Assembly (NCBI GenBank): GCA_046597055.1
Contig: JBKJLC010000063.1
Coordinates: 1-25,654, forward strand
DNA: 25,654 nt
Direction: 5' to 3'
Source of the DNA: Kofleriaceae bacterium
GTDB lineage: Bacteria; Myxococcota_A; Polyangia; Haliangiales; Haliangiaceae
Of the stretch, positions 24,620-25,654 are shown piece after piece. The translations under genes were made by a program, and so were the position numbers. The notes under the pieces were generated by a model that saw nothing but the letters and a program-made list of their open reading frames with translations, made no database searches and was not told the DNA's origin. Position 1 is the first letter of the stretch. Every line of letters starts with the position of its first letter.

Positions 24620-25443
24620 TGGACCTCGGGGGACAACTGATCGTCATCACCGGGGCCGCCAGCGGGATCGGTCGCGCCACCGCGCACGCGTTCGCCGCGC
24701 GCGGCGGTCGCCTCGTGCTGTGCGATCGCGACGAGGGCCGACTGGCCGAGGTGCGCACCGCGCTGGGCGCCGCGGTGGTGCTCGCGCGCGGCGTCGACGT
24801 CGGTGATCGCGCGGCGATGGCGGGGTTCGCCGACGAGGTCCATCGCCACGGCGCGGTCGACGTGCTCGTCAACAACGCCGGGGTCGCCCAGCACGGCGAC
24901 ATGTGCGAGACCAGCCTCGACGACTGGGACTGGGTGCTGCGGGTCAACCTGATGGGCGTGGTCCACGGCTGCCATCACTTCGTGCCCGCGATGCGGGCGC
25001 GCGGCCGCGGCCACGTCATCAACATCTCGTCGATCCTGGGCCTGTACGCGCCGCCGACGGCGATCGCGTACACCGCGTCGAAGTTCGCCGTGCTCGGCCT
25101 CACCCTGTCGCTGCGGGGGGAGCTGGCCGGCACCGGCGTCCACGCCACCGCGATCTGTCCGGGCATGATCGACACCGGCATCGTCGGCGACAGCCGGTTC
25201 GGCGCCGGCATGGACCACCTGAAGCAGCGCGTGGTCGAGCAGTTCAAGAAGCACGGCTCACCGCCGGCGGTGGTCGCGGCGGCGATCCTCGACGTGATCG
25301 GCAAGGACGTTGCGGTGCGCCCGGTGACCCGCGACGCCTGGGCCCTCTACGGCCTGGTCCGGTTCGCGCCCCGCGCGGTCGCCGACGCGGTGGGCCGGGC
25401 GCTCACGCGCCAGCTCACGCGGGCCGCGCGACCGCCGGGCTGA
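24619..25443 (+). CDS. Classical short-chain dehydrogenase/reductase (SDR), 274 aa (alternative GTG start 24616)
   Basis: Motifs VITGAASGIG, DVLVNNAG, VNLMGV, INISS, YTASK (YxxxK), ICPG. TGATG overlap with the FMO stop. Confidence 0.94.
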   Translation: MDLGGQLIVITGAASGIGRATAHAFAARGGRLVLCDRDEGRLAEVRTALGAAVVLARGVDVGDRAAMAGFADEVHRHGAVDVLVNNAGVAQHGDMCETSLDDWDWVLRVNLMGVVHGCHHFVPAMRARGRGHVINISSILGLYAPPTAIAYTASKFAVLGLTLSLRGELAGTGVHATAICPGMIDTGIVGDSRFGAGMDHLKQRVVEQFKKHGSPPAVVAAAILDVIGKDVAVRPVTRDAWALYGLVRFAPRAVADAVGRALTRQLTRAARPPG

Positions 25444-25580
25444 GCGGAGCCAGGGCTCGCGCAGCGAGCCCGCGGTCGAAGGGAAGACCTCGGGATTGAT
25501 CACAAGTCTCCCTGTGATCGAAAGCGCTCACCCTTTTCCGGTGGCCCTGAGCCGGCGCCGCAGGCGCCGTGTCGAAGGGC
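25440..25580. repeat. Two REP-like palindromic units of form CTGAGC-[stem-GCA-stem]-GTCGAAGGG
   Basis: Unit 1 (25440-25483) contains GGGCTCGC-GCA-GCGAGCCC. Unit 2 (25544-25580) is GCCCTGAGC-CGGCGCC-GCA-GGCGCCG-TGTCGAAGGGC. Confidence 0.6.
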
Positions 25581-25654
25581 AGAGGGCAGAGCGCCAAGGT
25601 GCCGCACGTCGCTCCGACGGGCTGCCGGCAGACGGCAGAGCGCCAAGGGTGCCG
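25578..25654 (+). repeat. Imperfect 27/28-bp direct repeat, period 49 bp, running into the window edge
   Basis: GGCAGAGGGCAGAGCGCCAAGGTGCCG (25578-25604) and GGCAGACGGCAGAGCGCCAAGGGTGCCG (25627-25654), separated by 22 bp. Confidence 0.75.

Noticed and set aside
25578..25654. CRISPR array call
   Set aside because: Only two imperfect copies, a short 22-nt spacer, and no cas gene or AT-rich leader visible.

Overview
High-GC bacterial chromosomal window, densely coding. The lipoprotein with an Asp/Ala/Pro-rich linker and CotH domain suggests Myxococcota, but that is inference only. In order: the 3' part of lon (+); pirin (-); a translationally coupled glgE-treS/mak-glgB alpha-glucan operon (-); an LTD+CotH lipoprotein with a 15-bp coding repeat (+); an acyl-CoA dehydrogenase (+); an NhaR-like LysR regulator (-) divergent from a two-gene DAB inorganic-carbon pump dabB-dabA (+); an MBL-fold hydrolase (-) divergent from a GH77 4-alpha-glucanotransferase (+); and a TetR regulator (-) divergent from a coupled 'metal-dependent hydrolase'-FMO-SDR operon (+) preceded by tandem palindromic operators. 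The window ends in REP-like hairpins and a direct repeat. The least explained signal is a pair of 48-bp intergenic segments (9432-9479 and 18325-18372, inverted, about 8.9 kb apart). They share 35/48 nt but 14/16 amino acids, and 12 of the 13 differences fall on third codon positions. Several genes also show a -10-like hexamer 6-7 nt before the ATG, a leaderless-mRNA signature. No rRNA, tRNA, CRISPR array or transposase was seen.
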